Assembly: GCA_036444275.1 (NCBI GenBank)
Contig: JAZGAD010000041.1
Location: forward strand, 1 to 32,287
DNA: 32,287 nt
Origin: Candidatus Hydrothermarchaeales archaeon
GTDB taxonomy: Archaea; Hydrothermarchaeota; Hydrothermarchaeia; Hydrothermarchaeales; JAZGAD01
Direction of reading: 5' to 3'
Shown here: one piece after another, positions 17,377 to 27,240 of the stretch
Layout of the letters: the number at the start of each line of letters is the position of its first letter
How positions within the stretch are numbered: position 1 is the first letter of the stretch
Program-made: the position numbers and the translations under genes
Notes under the pieces: generated by a model
What the model saw: only the letters and a program-made list of their open reading frames with translations
What the model was told of the DNA's origin: nothing
The model's database searches: none

Positions 17377-18069
17377 ATGAAGATTGACAACGCAGTTGAA
17401 GAATTGCAGAAGGGACATATTATACTAATATACGATGGTGATGGGCGAGAAGAGGAGACCGACCTAATCGTAGCAGGTGAATATGCAACTCCAGAGCATA
17501 TAAGGACTATGAGGAAGGATGGAGGGGGTCTGATATGTGTAGCTGTGCATCCTACTATAACATCAAAACTCGAGATTCCATTCCTCGTAGATGTCTGGAA
17601 ACATGCTGGTAGCAAGTACAAGATATTCGAAGCGCTGGAAGCCAACGACATACCTTATGATGAGAAATCAGCTTTCTCGATAACCATAAACCATAGGAAG
17701 ACCTTCACGGGCATAACGGATAGGGACCGCTCCTTCACTATACGAGAATTTACCAAGGTAGCTGTGAACGCCTTGAATGGTTATGACCCAGCAGAATTTG
17801 GTATAAACTTCAGGTCTCCTGGGCATATCACTCTCCTCAAAGCAGCTGATGGATTGTTGGAAAAGCGAAAGGGCCATACAGAGCTCAGCGTAGCTTTAAT
17901 GGAGCTAGCGGGCTTAACGCCTATAGCAACGATATGTGAGATGCTTGGAGATACCGGCAGGTCTCTGACTAGGCGAGAGGCTGGGAAATACGCGAGGGAA
18001 CACGGCCTAGTGTTCCTAGAGGGGAAACAGGTAGTGGAGTACTTCGAAGGGGGAAGGAGAAGGTTATAG
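17377..18069 (+). CDS. ribB: 3,4-dihydroxy-2-butanone-4-phosphate synthase (archaeal type)
   Basis: DGREEETD, GGLIC, TFTGITDRDR, FRSPGH, GHTE, CEML. Confidence 0.96.
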   Translation: MKIDNAVEELQKGHIILIYDGDGREEETDLIVAGEYATPEHIRTMRKDGGGLICVAVHPTITSKLEIPFLVDVWKHAGSKYKIFEALEANDIPYDEKSAFSITINHRKTFTGITDRDRSFTIREFTKVAVNALNGYDPAEFGINFRSPGHITLLKAADGLLEKRKGHTELSVALMELAGLTPIATICEMLGDTGRSLTRREAGKYAREHGLVFLEGKQVVEYFEGGRRRL

Positions 18070-18142
18070 GTTATTTTTTAGATTCAATTTTTTGATTCAA
18101 AAAATTTATAACACAGTTGTGTTAACCATTCTAAGGATTGCT

Positions 18143-19057
18143 ATGCCTATTCAAGAAGTCGATAAGATTTGGATGAATGGAAAGCTCGTGGACTGGAAGG
18201 AGGCTAAAATCCATGTCTTAACCCACGCTCTGCACTACGGTTCAGGTGTCTTCGAGGGCATTCGCTGCTACAAAACAGTTAAGGGCCCGGCCGTATTCAG
18301 GCTTAGGGACCACCTCGAGAGACTGCATGACTCTGCCAAGATGTATTTCATGGAGATTCCCTACTCAGTGGACGAGCTTACGGAAGCTACCCGGGAGATG
18401 ATTAAAGCAAATAATTTGGAAGCGTGCTACGTCCGTCCCATTGCCTTTCGTGGGTATGGGGAGATGGGCCTCAACCCATTGAAGAACCCGGTGGATGTAG
18501 CTATTGCAGCGTGGCCTTGGGGAACCTATCTCGGAGAAGAGGGATTGAAGAATGGGATAAGGGTGAAGATAGTATCTATACAGAGAATCACGCCGAATAC
18601 CCTTCCGCCAAAGGCTAAAGCGACTGGGCAATATGCCAATTCCATCTTGGCTAAGCTGGAGGCATTGAACTCTGGCTGCGAGGAGGCCATCCTTTTAGAC
18701 TATAGAGGCTTTGTTTCTGAGGGGCCGGGCGAGAACCTCTTCATAGTCAAAGACGGGGTGATATACACTCCACCGGAACACGCTAGCATATTGAAGGGGC
18801 TAACTAGGGATTCAATCATGACCATTGCAACAGATATGGGCTACGATGTTAAGGAAAATGACTTAACTAGAAGTGACCTATATTTAGCTGATGAGGCATT
18901 TTACACAGGCACCGCAGCAGAGGTCACGCCTATTAGGGAGATAGACAACTACCATGTGGGGAAACCCGGACCGATAACCAAGAGGCTACAAGGCAAGTTC
19001 TTTGAGATCACGAATGGCGAAGATAAGAAATACGAGGCATGGCTGGACTATGTTTGA
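18143..19057 (+). CDS. ilvE: Branched-chain amino acid aminotransferase
   Basis: HALHYGSGVFEGIR, KATGQY (PLP Lys), EGPGENLF, GTAAEVTP. ATG 18143 preferred to the upstream in-frame start in the ORF track. Confidence 0.95.
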   Translation: MPIQEVDKIWMNGKLVDWKEAKIHVLTHALHYGSGVFEGIRCYKTVKGPAVFRLRDHLERLHDSAKMYFMEIPYSVDELTEATREMIKANNLEACYVRPIAFRGYGEMGLNPLKNPVDVAIAAWPWGTYLGEEGLKNGIRVKIVSIQRITPNTLPPKAKATGQYANSILAKLEALNSGCEEAILLDYRGFVSEGPGENLFIVKDGVIYTPPEHASILKGLTRDSIMTIATDMGYDVKENDLTRSDLYLADEAFYTGTAAEVTPIREIDNYHVGKPGPITKRLQGKFFEITNGEDKKYEAWLDYV

Positions 19058-19069
19058 AGGAGAGTAAAA

Positions 19070-19456
19070 ATGAGCAAGGTACTGGTAGTGGACGACGAGC
19101 CAGACATCGTTTTTCTGGTGTCGAAAATACTAAGCGCAGAAGGATACGAAGTAGTGGGGGCGAGCAGTGGGAAGGAAGCCCTAGAGAAAGTCAAAAAGGA
19201 GAAACCTGATCTTATTATACTGGATGTCATGATGCCTGGCCTCGACGGTTGGGAGACCTGCAGGCGTATCAAGAGCGACCCAGAGACCAAGGATACGATA
19301 GTGGCAATGCTCACTGTTAAGTCCCAGGATGAAGACAAGATCCAGAGCTTCGACTATGCCATAGCAGATTGGCATATATCAAAGCCCATAGATAAAAAGA
19401 GATTCGCCAAAACTGTGGATTGGCTTATCACAAAGCCGCTGAAGAGGAAAGAGTAA
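19070..19456 (+). CDS. Single-domain response regulator (REC)
   Basis: VLVVDDE...LDVMMPGLDG...MLT...SKP; SD GGAG. Confidence 0.93.
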   Translation: MSKVLVVDDEPDIVFLVSKILSAEGYEVVGASSGKEALEKVKKEKPDLIILDVMMPGLDGWETCRRIKSDPETKDTIVAMLTVKSQDEDKIQSFDYAIADWHISKPIDKKRFAKTVDWLITKPLKRKE

Positions 19457-19490
19457 GTAGGTATATAAAAATCCTCGGCCAGGAAGGAAC

Positions 19491-19910
19491 TCACGCAGGA
19501 ATCTTCACCGGGCTGGGACCCAGTTTCTTAATGGTGGCTGTGAAATCCTTTATGGTCCTAGCAAATTTCTCCCCCTCATTGGCAGAGATCCAAGTCAAGA
19601 GCAGTCTATCCTTCTCTATGCCTAAGTCTTCTAGGATCTCGTGGATGAAGGATATTCTCTTCTCTGCCTTATAGTTACCAGTGACATAATGGCAGTCCCC
19701 TGGGTGGCAACCCGATACCAGGACTCCATCGGCTCCCTCTGCGAATGCCTTTATGATGAACACCGGGTCTATTCTACCCGTGCACATAACCCTGATTATC
19801 CTAACATTCGGTGGATACTGTAGCCTGCTGGTGCCAGCTAGATCAGCGCCTCCATAGGAGCACCAGTTGCATAGAAAGCCCAATATTTTAGGCTCGTAGT
19901 CATCTGTCAA
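19491..19910 (-). CDS. mvhD: MvhD/FlpD-type [2Fe-2S] subunit
   Basis: [34 protein letters not shown]. Confidence 0.95.
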   Translation of the reverse strand: MTDDYEPKILGFLCNWCSYGGADLAGTSRLQYPPNVRIIRVMCTGRIDPVFIIKAFAEGADGVLVSGCHPGDCHYVTGNYKAEKRISFIHEILEDLGIEKDRLLLTWISANEGEKFARTIKDFTATIKKLGPSPVKIPA

Positions 19911-19912
19911 CT

Positions 19913-21937
19913 TTATTTCCCCGTTTTTACCTTTACCTTTATTTTTCCTTTCCCTTTTTCTTTGCTCTTGTTCTTGCCTTTAAGGTCGTCAAAAGCAGCC
20001 TCTATCATGGCTAGAATCTGATTATCCTTGAAATGCCGTAGTTGCACAGCGCCGGTTGGGCAAGCTGCAGAGCACACGCCGCAGCCCTTGCAGAGAGCTT
20101 CCTGCACTTGCGCGCGCTTGTCGACTATTTCTATAGCGTCAAAGTCGCAGACCTTCTCGCAGATTCTGCAGCCTATACAGGTCTCCCTATCCACATACGC
20201 TAGAATTGGCTCTATCTCTACTTCTCCCTTGGCCATGGGTATTGAAGCCCTTGCTGCTGCAGCGCTCCCCTGTGCCACCGCATCCGGAATGTCCTTTGGT
20301 CCTTGGATAGCACCAGCTAGATAGACGCCGTCCTTCAGCGTGTCGACAGGGCGAAGCTTTGGATGGGCCTCCATGAAGAAACCGTCAGAGCTTCTTGATA
20401 TCTTAAGGAGCCTTTGGAGACTTGACGCACCACTAGGCGGCTCCATTCCAACGGATAGGACCAGCATATCTAGTTCTACCTCTATTAGCCTGCAAAGAAG
20501 GGTGTCCTCCACCCTCAGAATGATGTTGTTATCCTCTCCCTCTATTACCTCTGATGGTCTCCCTCGAATAAACTTTACACCATACCTTTCCTTGGCTATC
20601 TTATAGAATTCCTCATAGCCCTTACCAAAGGCACGAATATCCATAAAGAAGATGAAGAGCTCTGCGTCTGGATACTTTTCCTTGTATATCCTGGCGTTTT
20701 TTATAGCATACATGCAGCAAACGCGAGAACAGTACTTATTGCCTACGGTTTCGTCTCTAGAACCGACGCATTGAACAAAGCCTATACGTTTCGGCACCTT
20801 GCCGTCGCTCGGGCGTAGCACTTTGCCGCCGGTAGGCCCAGAGGCGCTACTCAGTCTCTCAAATTGCATGGCGTTGATGACGTTTGGGTATCTCCCGTAG
20901 CCGTATTCCTCCTTCCTCTCGGCATTGAATATGTCGTAGCCGGCTGCAAGGATTATGGTACCAACTTTCTGCTCTATGATCTCGGGTTCCATGTTGTAGT
21001 CTATAGCATCTGGTTCGCATACGTTCTCGCACATGCCGCAGCCAATACAGTTCTCGTCGTCGATGACGTATATGAGTGGCACTGCCTGTGGGAAGGGCAC
21101 GTATATCGCTTTCCTGGTCCCTATCCCGGCATTAAACTCGCTGGGCACCTCGATGGGGCAGTGCTGCGTGCATAGATCGCAGGCAGTGCAGTCATTGGTG
21201 ACATAGCGGGGCTTCTTCTCTATCTTTACAGTATAATTCCCTACGTATCCGTCTACCTCCCTTACTTCTGCGTAAGTGAGTAGCTCTATATTCTCGTGTC
21301 GAGATACATTCACCATCTTGGGGGTGAGGATGCAGGAGGAGCAGTCCATAGTGGGGAAAGTCTTGTCAAGCTTCGCCATATTGCCCCCTATACTTGGCTC
21401 CTTTTCCACTAATGTGACTTTGTAGCCTTGGTCTGCCAGATCTAGGGCAGCCTGGATCCCTGCGATGCCAGCGCCTATAACAAGAACCTGGGCTGTGACC
21501 TTGACCTTAGGCTTTTCTTGAGGCTCTAGCAGTCTCGCCTTAGCGACTGCCATCCGTACGATATCCTTAGCCTTTTCAGTCGCCTTCTTAGGCTCCTGCA
21601 TATGAACCCATGAGCACTGCTCTCTTATGTTGGCCATCTCGAAGAGATAGGGATTAAGCCCGGCTTCCTCGCATACCTTTCTGAATGTCGGCTCATGCAT
21701 ATTGGGAGAGCAGGCAGCGACGACCACGCGGTTAAGCTTGTGTTCCGTTATATCGTCCATGATCATCTTCTGACCAGGATCAGCGCAGACGAATTTGTAT
21801 TCCTTCGCTAATACAACATCGTCAAGCTTCCCAGCATACTTAGTCAATTTTGCGTTGTCAATTACGCCTGCGATGTTCACACCGCAATCGCAAATGTATA
21901 CCCCAATTCTGGGGTCCTCTCCATTCTTCTTGGCCAA
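19913..21937 (-). CDS. hdrA: Heterodisulfide reductase subunit A (electron-bifurcating flavoprotein)
   Basis: [49 protein letters not shown]...CSRVCC and ferredoxin motifs. TTG 21937 preferred as start (GGAGA upstream); the ORF track starts at 21955. Confidence 0.97.
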   Translation of the reverse strand: MAKKNGEDPRIGVYICDCGVNIAGVIDNAKLTKYAGKLDDVVLAKEYKFVCADPGQKMIMDDITEHKLNRVVVAACSPNMHEPTFRKVCEEAGLNPYLFEMANIREQCSWVHMQEPKKATEKAKDIVRMAVAKARLLEPQEKPKVKVTAQVLVIGAGIAGIQAALDLADQGYKVTLVEKEPSIGGNMAKLDKTFPTMDCSSCILTPKMVNVSRHENIELLTYAEVREVDGYVGNYTVKIEKKPRYVTNDCTACDLCTQHCPIEVPSEFNAGIGTRKAIYVPFPQAVPLIYVIDDENCIGCGMCENVCEPDAIDYNMEPEIIEQKVGTIILAAGYDIFNAERKEEYGYGRYPNVINAMQFERLSSASGPTGGKVLRPSDGKVPKRIGFVQCVGSRDETVGNKYCSRVCCMYAIKNARIYKEKYPDAELFIFFMDIRAFGKGYEEFYKIAKERYGVKFIRGRPSEVIEGEDNNIILRVEDTLLCRLIEVELDMLVLSVGMEPPSGASSLQRLLKISRSSDGFFMEAHPKLRPVDTLKDGVYLAGAIQGPKDIPDAVAQGSAAAARASIPMAKGEVEIEPILAYVDRETCIGCRICEKVCDFDAIEIVDKRAQVQEALCKGCGVCSAACPTGAVQLRHFKDNQILAMIEAAFDDLKGKNKSKEKGKGKIKVKVKTGK

Positions 21938-22087
21938 TTTGCTATCTCCATCCAAAGCAAAGCAGACATTGGATTTGATTTTTGCGCTCTTTTCAGCTTT
22001 TTAACATCGTGATTATTAAGTGAATTGGAATTTAAATTAGGAACCAAGCATAAGTTTTTATCTTTTAGCTTTAAACTGGAATGTAAT

Positions 22088-22609
22088 ATGAACATATCTG
22101 AGCTAGAGCAACTGTGGGTGGCCACTATGCGGATGGGAACCGAAGTCAAAAAGAAATCAGGATTAGATTTGACAAGAGCGTTTGGGTTGCTGAGGGATGC
22201 AAAATCCCTGTTGAATGAGTGCAGATTGGACAATGATGCGGATCCGGATTTTCTCAAGAAATCTGAAGACATGATCATTGAAGCCCAGAGAGAGGTCATC
22301 CTCGCGGGGGAAGCATTGGATGCTGAATTCTTGGAGAAATGGAATGATGTCTTCGGTAGGATAGTGCGGGGGGAGACTATTTGGGAGTTTCCAATTTCCA
22401 AGCCGAGTTTCTATCCTAATATGCCAAGAGGCAAATGGGTAAAGATAGCCCCTTTGAAAGGATTAAAAGTCAAAAAACTCAGGGATGTGGCTAGGAAATA
22501 TGGAGTGGAGATAGAACCAAGGGAAGGGGACTACCTTTTGATAGGGGACGAGCAGAACCTTAGAAGTGCAATGGAAGAGATAAGGATGTTTATGAAGGTG
22601 AAACAATGA
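22088..22609 (+). CDS. DUF2096-like archaeal protein
   Basis: 'EQLW', 'FLEKW' and 'FYPNMPRGKWVKI' resemble the DUF2096 family; ATG 22088 preferred; stop overlaps the next gene (ATGA). Confidence 0.7.
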   Translation: MNISELEQLWVATMRMGTEVKKKSGLDLTRAFGLLRDAKSLLNECRLDNDADPDFLKKSEDMIIEAQREVILAGEALDAEFLEKWNDVFGRIVRGETIWEFPISKPSFYPNMPRGKWVKIAPLKGLKVKKLRDVARKYGVEIEPREGDYLLIGDEQNLRSAMEEIRMFMKVKQ

Positions 22610-23442
22610 TCGACATACATGCTCATATCTCGCAGTCTAGGAAACCAATACCCCCGGAATTTAAAGACGCTGTTAGGGCATACATGTTCAACACCGGTGT
22701 GGACGTCACACATTATGGAACCGATGAAGATCTGGCGAAAGGTATGAAAGAGAATGCTGTTGCACGGGCATGCATCCTCCCAATAGCAGATTCCAGCCTT
22801 GAGAGCGCTGCAAAGGTTAACAATTTCATTAGGATGATGATGTTGCAGCACTCCTACATAGAGGGGTTCGCCAGTGTAGACCCTACTTCAGATGGTGCCG
22901 AGAGAGAGGTGGATAGGGTACTAAGAGAGGAAGGTCTTAAGGGCTTGGTGGTGGATCCAAGACAGAATTTCGATTTCGCTGGAAGTGATTTCTGGATAGT
23001 GCTAGAAGTAGCGAAGGCTTTGGATGCTGTCATTTTTGTGCATTCCGAATATCTTAGTGGAGACGAATATTTTGATGCCGAGGACGTTAACGAGACGCTC
23101 TTAAGTTTTCCAAAGCTCCGCTTCGTCTTCTCCATTTCAAAATCCAAGGGCTTCATCCTACCAGAGCCCAATGTATACGTGGATACTGCCCACGCGACAA
23201 AGGAGCAGCTGGAAAGTGCCCTAGAAGCTTTTGGGGTTGAGAAGATCCTCTTCGGCTCTGATTTCAAATATAATTTCTATCCGCAATATGAAATAAGCAA
23301 GATCCAGCAACTCGGCATATCTGAAGAGGAAAAGGATATGATCCTGGAGGGTAATGCAGCTAACATTTTGGGTCTACCGTTTTATAAGAAAAGTGACTTC
23401 TTGGATAGAATACCCTTTTTGAAGAGATTTTCCAGTGGATAG
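22606..23442 (+). CDS. Amidohydrolase_2-family TIM-barrel metalloprotein
   Basis: IDIHAH, GFASVDP, FVH, NVYVDTA, KILFGSD, ILEGNA. Confidence 0.88.
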   Translation: MIDIHAHISQSRKPIPPEFKDAVRAYMFNTGVDVTHYGTDEDLAKGMKENAVARACILPIADSSLESAAKVNNFIRMMMLQHSYIEGFASVDPTSDGAEREVDRVLREEGLKGLVVDPRQNFDFAGSDFWIVLEVAKALDAVIFVHSEYLSGDEYFDAEDVNETLLSFPKLRFVFSISKSKGFILPEPNVYVDTAHATKEQLESALEAFGVEKILFGSDFKYNFYPQYEISKIQQLGISEEEKDMILEGNAANILGLPFYKKSDFLDRIPFLKRFSSG

Positions 23443-23443
23443 C

Positions 23444-24682
23444 ATGGGAAAATATGCACTCAGATGTTTGGAATGCAACGCAGAGCTCACATTTGAGAAG
23501 TTTCGTTTTAAGTGCCAGGAGCACAATGCCTTAGTAAGGAGCATATATTCTAAAAAAAGGATAACGTTTAGAGATCTCCCCGGCATTTGGAAGTTCTATG
23601 ACTGGCTTCCCGTGGAAGGGGCAAGTGAATATGAGGGGAGGTCTATCACCTACAAGAGTGAGGGCCTAGCCAAGGAGCTTGGCTTGGAAAATCTATTTAT
23701 CTCTTTCAGCGGGTACTGGCCCGAAAGAGGGGGGCTAATTCAGACCTGTACGTTCAAGGAACTTGAAGCAATCGCTACCTTGCAGTATGCTGCAGGGTGC
23801 AAGACAAGACTAGTAATCGCCTCGGCTGGAAACACGGCTAATGCCTTCGCATATATTGGCTCAACGCAGAAGTTTCCAGTTATCTTGGTGGTGCCCAAAA
23901 AATGCCTCTGTGATATCTGGGTTCCAGAGCTGGATACCTCACTCGTTAAGACTATAATCATCGAGGATGGGGATTATTCTGATGCGATATCCCTGGCTGA
24001 GAAGCTGTCTAGGCGGGAGGGCCTAACCTATGAAGGTGGAGCAAGAAACATTGCTAGGAGAGATGGGCTCGCCACTGTACTTCTAGATGCAGTGCGAATC
24101 ATGAAAGAGCTACCTGGGCATTATTTTCAAGCAATTGGAAGTGGAACAGGTGCCATAGCTACTTTGGAGTCTGGGTTAAGATTGCTAGGCGATGGACGCT
24201 TTGGAGAGGCGTTACCCAAGTTTCATCTCTCCCAAAATCTGCCATTCATCCCGATGGTGAGAGCATGGAAGGAAGGACGTAGGAAAATAACTAGGGAAGA
24301 GATGCCTAAGGAGAATGTTCTTGACATCGTTTATGCCAGAGTACTTACCAATAGATATCCTCCTTATAGCGTAAGGGGCGGTGTCTATGATGCCCTTCAA
24401 TCCACGAAAGGGAAAACCTATGGGATAACCAATGAAGAAGCAAAGGAGGCTTCAAGGTTTTTCAAAGAGCAGGAAGGGATCGACATCCTCCCAGCTGCTG
24501 CTGTGGCCGTAGCTTCGCTGATCAAGGCCATCGAAGTTGGGGAAGTAGGCTTGAAGGACAAGATCTTGCTGAATGTAACTGGGGGTGGAAAGAAGAGACT
24601 AAAGGAGGATATCACCCTCCAAGAGCTAAAGGCAGATATAAGTATAAACAAGGATACGCCCGTGGGAGACATCGATATATGA
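23444..24682 (+). CDS. Cysteate synthase (PLP, threonine-synthase fold)
   Basis: FSGYWPERG, TCTFKELEA, ASAGNTA, GDYSDAI, EGGARNIARRDG, YFQAIGSGTG and VLTNRYPPYSVRGGVYDAL are characteristic of cysteate synthase; adjacent to comDE. Confidence 0.92.
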   Translation: MGKYALRCLECNAELTFEKFRFKCQEHNALVRSIYSKKRITFRDLPGIWKFYDWLPVEGASEYEGRSITYKSEGLAKELGLENLFISFSGYWPERGGLIQTCTFKELEAIATLQYAAGCKTRLVIASAGNTANAFAYIGSTQKFPVILVVPKKCLCDIWVPELDTSLVKTIIIEDGDYSDAISLAEKLSRREGLTYEGGARNIARRDGLATVLLDAVRIMKELPGHYFQAIGSGTGAIATLESGLRLLGDGRFGEALPKFHLSQNLPFIPMVRAWKEGRRKITREEMPKENVLDIVYARVLTNRYPPYSVRGGVYDALQSTKGKTYGITNEEAKEASRFFKEQEGIDILPAAAVAVASLIKAIEVGEVGLKDKILLNVTGGGKKRLKEDITLQELKADISINKDTPVGDIDI

Positions 24683-25800
24683 ATGAAGATATCGTTATTC
24701 AGCTCCTGAAAGAAGCAGGTGTAGACCTCATCGCCTCCTTACCCTGTGACAAGATCAAAGGGCTTTATATCCAGGTCACTGAAAACTTTAGACATGTACC
24801 GCTGACGAGAGAAGAGGAAGGCGTAGGCATATGCGCTGGAGCCAGCCTTGCAGGTGCAAAGCCTGCGCTACTAATTCAAAGCTCTGGAATGGGCAATGCA
24901 ATAAATACCCTTTGCTCCCTTACCAAGGTCTACCATCTGCCACTTGCAATTCTCGTAAGCTGGAGGGGTATTTATGAAGAGAAGATCCCTGCACAGATAC
25001 CCATGGGAAAGTATCTGCCAAGGGTTTTGGATGCCTTGGAGATAAACTACACTATGATTCACGAAAAGGGGCAGATCCCTCTTATGAAGCCCGCTCTAGA
25101 AGATGCTTACAAAAAGAATAGTGTATGCGCGGTTCTACTGAGCCCGAAGATATGGGGGGGTAGAGGTGTTGAATCCAAATCCAGCCCTGGGGAACGAAAG
25201 GTTAAGGCACTGCGCTATGAAGGTAGAGGCGTTCACCCTACTTTGACTAGATTCGAAATCATCCAACTCGTAGCTCCATTTTTAGAGGAAAAGGCTGTGG
25301 TTTGCAACCTGGGGATTCCCAGCAAGGAGCTTTTCTATGTAAAGCATCAGGAGTCGAACTTCTATATGCTTGGAAGCATGGGGATGGCCTCATCTATAGG
25401 CCTTGGTATAGCTATGAATACAAAAAAAGAGGTAGTAGTGATAGATGGGGACGCAAGCCTTTTGATGAACCCTGGTGCTCTGGCTACGATAGCACAAATA
25501 AGTCCAGAGAACATGACTATCCTATCAATAGATAATGGGGCTCATGGCTCAACTGGGAGCCAACCCACGGCTACGATGAGTGTTGCGAATCTCGATATGA
25601 TAGCTAGGGGCTTCGGCCTTGAAAAGGTATACAAGGCAGCAACAAAAGATGAAATCCACGGGATCTTCGAAGAACTTGAGGGTGAGAGTGGGCCAAACTT
25701 TGTCCATGCCCTCGCAAAGCAGGGAAATGCTGATGTCCCCAATATCCCCTTAACACCTGCGGAGATAAAGCATCGATTCATGGAATTTTTAAGAAAATGA
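24679..25800 (+). CDS. comDE: Sulfopyruvate decarboxylase, fused alpha/beta
   Basis: SLPC, REEEGVGICAG, QSSGMGN, SWRG, AQIPMG; NFYMLGSMG; ThDP motif DGDAS...DNG. Confidence 0.93.
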   Translation: MNEDIVIQLLKEAGVDLIASLPCDKIKGLYIQVTENFRHVPLTREEEGVGICAGASLAGAKPALLIQSSGMGNAINTLCSLTKVYHLPLAILVSWRGIYEEKIPAQIPMGKYLPRVLDALEINYTMIHEKGQIPLMKPALEDAYKKNSVCAVLLSPKIWGGRGVESKSSPGERKVKALRYEGRGVHPTLTRFEIIQLVAPFLEEKAVVCNLGIPSKELFYVKHQESNFYMLGSMGMASSIGLGIAMNTKKEVVVIDGDASLLMNPGALATIAQISPENMTILSIDNGAHGSTGSQPTATMSVANLDMIARGFGLEKVYKAATKDEIHGIFEELEGESGPNFVHALAKQGNADVPNIPLTPAEIKHRFMEFLRK

Positions 25801-26714
25801 AACTGCGGATAGGGCATCTCTCAACCGCTTACCATACCTCTTTGATATTGATGGGTATGGACATTGAAAAAAGGATGGGAGTAAAACCAGTTTGGAAATT
25901 ATTTGGAGGGGGACCGGGCATCGTCCAGGCACTAGCTCGTGGAAATGTAGATTTGGGGTATATAGGCTTGCCGCCAGCGATGATCGGCATCGATAGAGGT
26001 ACGCCCATCAAGTGCGTTGCAGGAGGGCATGTCGAAGGAACTATAATGATCGGTAAGAAGAGCCTTAAATCGCTAGAGGAATTAGGTGATGTTAGGGAGA
26101 CGCTCTTGCAACTTGAGGGCAGGGCGATAGGAGCGCCACCAAAAGGCTCGATACATGACGTGATTATAAGAGACCTACTCGAAAAAAATGATTTAAAAGA
26201 CGAGATAGAAGTCAAAAACTTTGAATGGGCTGATTTCATTCCGGAGGCAATGGAGAATGGAGAGCTTACCGCCGCCGTTGGCACGCCTCCCTTAGCAGCT
26301 ATCGTTCTTCGGACGCTTGATGCTAAAATAATAATCCCGGCTTCCAGGCTTTGGCCAAATAATCCGAGCTATGGTATAATAGCGAGGAATGAACTAATAG
26401 TGGATCATCCGGATGTTATCGAAGATTTCTTGGAGGTACACGAGGAGGCCTCCAATCTCATAAGGATGCATCCAAAGGATGCAGCGCGGATAGCCTCACA
26501 GGTTATAGGGATGGTCGATGAGGATTTTGTGCTTCAGACCTATGGAATCTCTCCGAAATATTGTGCAAGCCTCTCAGATGAATTCGTTGCGTCCACCCTA
26601 GCATTTGTGCCCGTACTATCCAAATTAGGGTATATCTCAAATGTGTTAACAAAAAAAGAGATTTTCGATTTCAGATTCATCGAAAAGGTTCATCCGGAAG
26701 CGCCTCATTACTGA
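25797..26714 (+). CDS. NMT1/THI5/SsuA-like substrate-binding-fold protein without a signal peptide
   Basis: Starts directly with MKLRIGHLST. 'GNVDLGYIGLPP', 'GSIHD' and 'HPKDAA' are PBP2 NrtA/SsuA-like motifs. ATGA overlap with comDE; no permease or ATPase gene adjacent. Confidence 0.85.
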   Translation: MKLRIGHLSTAYHTSLILMGMDIEKRMGVKPVWKLFGGGPGIVQALARGNVDLGYIGLPPAMIGIDRGTPIKCVAGGHVEGTIMIGKKSLKSLEELGDVRETLLQLEGRAIGAPPKGSIHDVIIRDLLEKNDLKDEIEVKNFEWADFIPEAMENGELTAAVGTPPLAAIVLRTLDAKIIIPASRLWPNNPSYGIIARNELIVDHPDVIEDFLEVHEEASNLIRMHPKDAARIASQVIGMVDEDFVLQTYGISPKYCASLSDEFVASTLAFVPVLSKLGYISNVLTKKEIFDFRFIEKVHPEAPHY

Positions 26715-26764
26715 GCAAAATTAATAATAAGGCTATTATAGGTGTGTAGATGAGGAGGTGCTGC

Positions 26765-27127
26765 ATGGATAAGCTCTTGATTGTATTGACAGCCGGCATG
26801 GACCAGCCCAAGCTGGCGCGTACTGCCCTGATGTTCGCAGCTATAAGTGCGTCTATGGGTGTGAAAACTACCCTCTACGCTGTGCAGGACGCCATCGATG
26901 TCTTAGTGGAAGGTGTTGCAGAAAAGGAGACGCCTAAACCCAACGGAGCGAGCATAAAACAGCGGTTGGAAGAAGCAATACGCCACGGAGTAGTACTTGA
27001 CGTATGTGAGACTGCCTGCGCCGCGAAAAAGATCAAACAGGAGAATCTTGTCGAGGGAGCGAAGATAGCTGGAGCAGCTACGCTCATAGACCTCGCATTG
27101 GATAGTGATAGTGTCCTCTGCTTCTGA
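26765..27127 (+). CDS. DsrE/DsrF-family protein
   Basis: 'LLIVLTAG...A..A.MG...LY...DA...GVVLDVCETAC...LVEGAKIAGAATL' DsrE pattern. ATG 26765 follows SD GAGGAGGTG. Confidence 0.88.
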   Translation: MDKLLIVLTAGMDQPKLARTALMFAAISASMGVKTTLYAVQDAIDVLVEGVAEKETPKPNGASIKQRLEEAIRHGVVLDVCETACAAKKIKQENLVEGAKIAGAATLIDLALDSDSVLCF

Positions 27128-27240
27128 TTTTTAGTTTATTGTTGCCTGTTACGCCTATTCATGCTGCCTAATTAGCTCACTAGTGGGGATGAGGGGCGAG
27201 GGAGATAACGTTATATAAACGTGCTGGACAAGATTATACT

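Noticed and set aside
18143-19057. IlvE as the cysteate aminotransferase of the CoM route
   Set aside because: It looks like an ordinary IlvE, is separated from the cluster by hdrA-mvhD, and that step is usually attributed to aspartate-aminotransferase-type enzymes.
19491-21955. Selenocysteine recoding in hdrA/mvhD
   Set aside because: Both frames are open with Cys at the relevant motifs and have no in-frame TGA.
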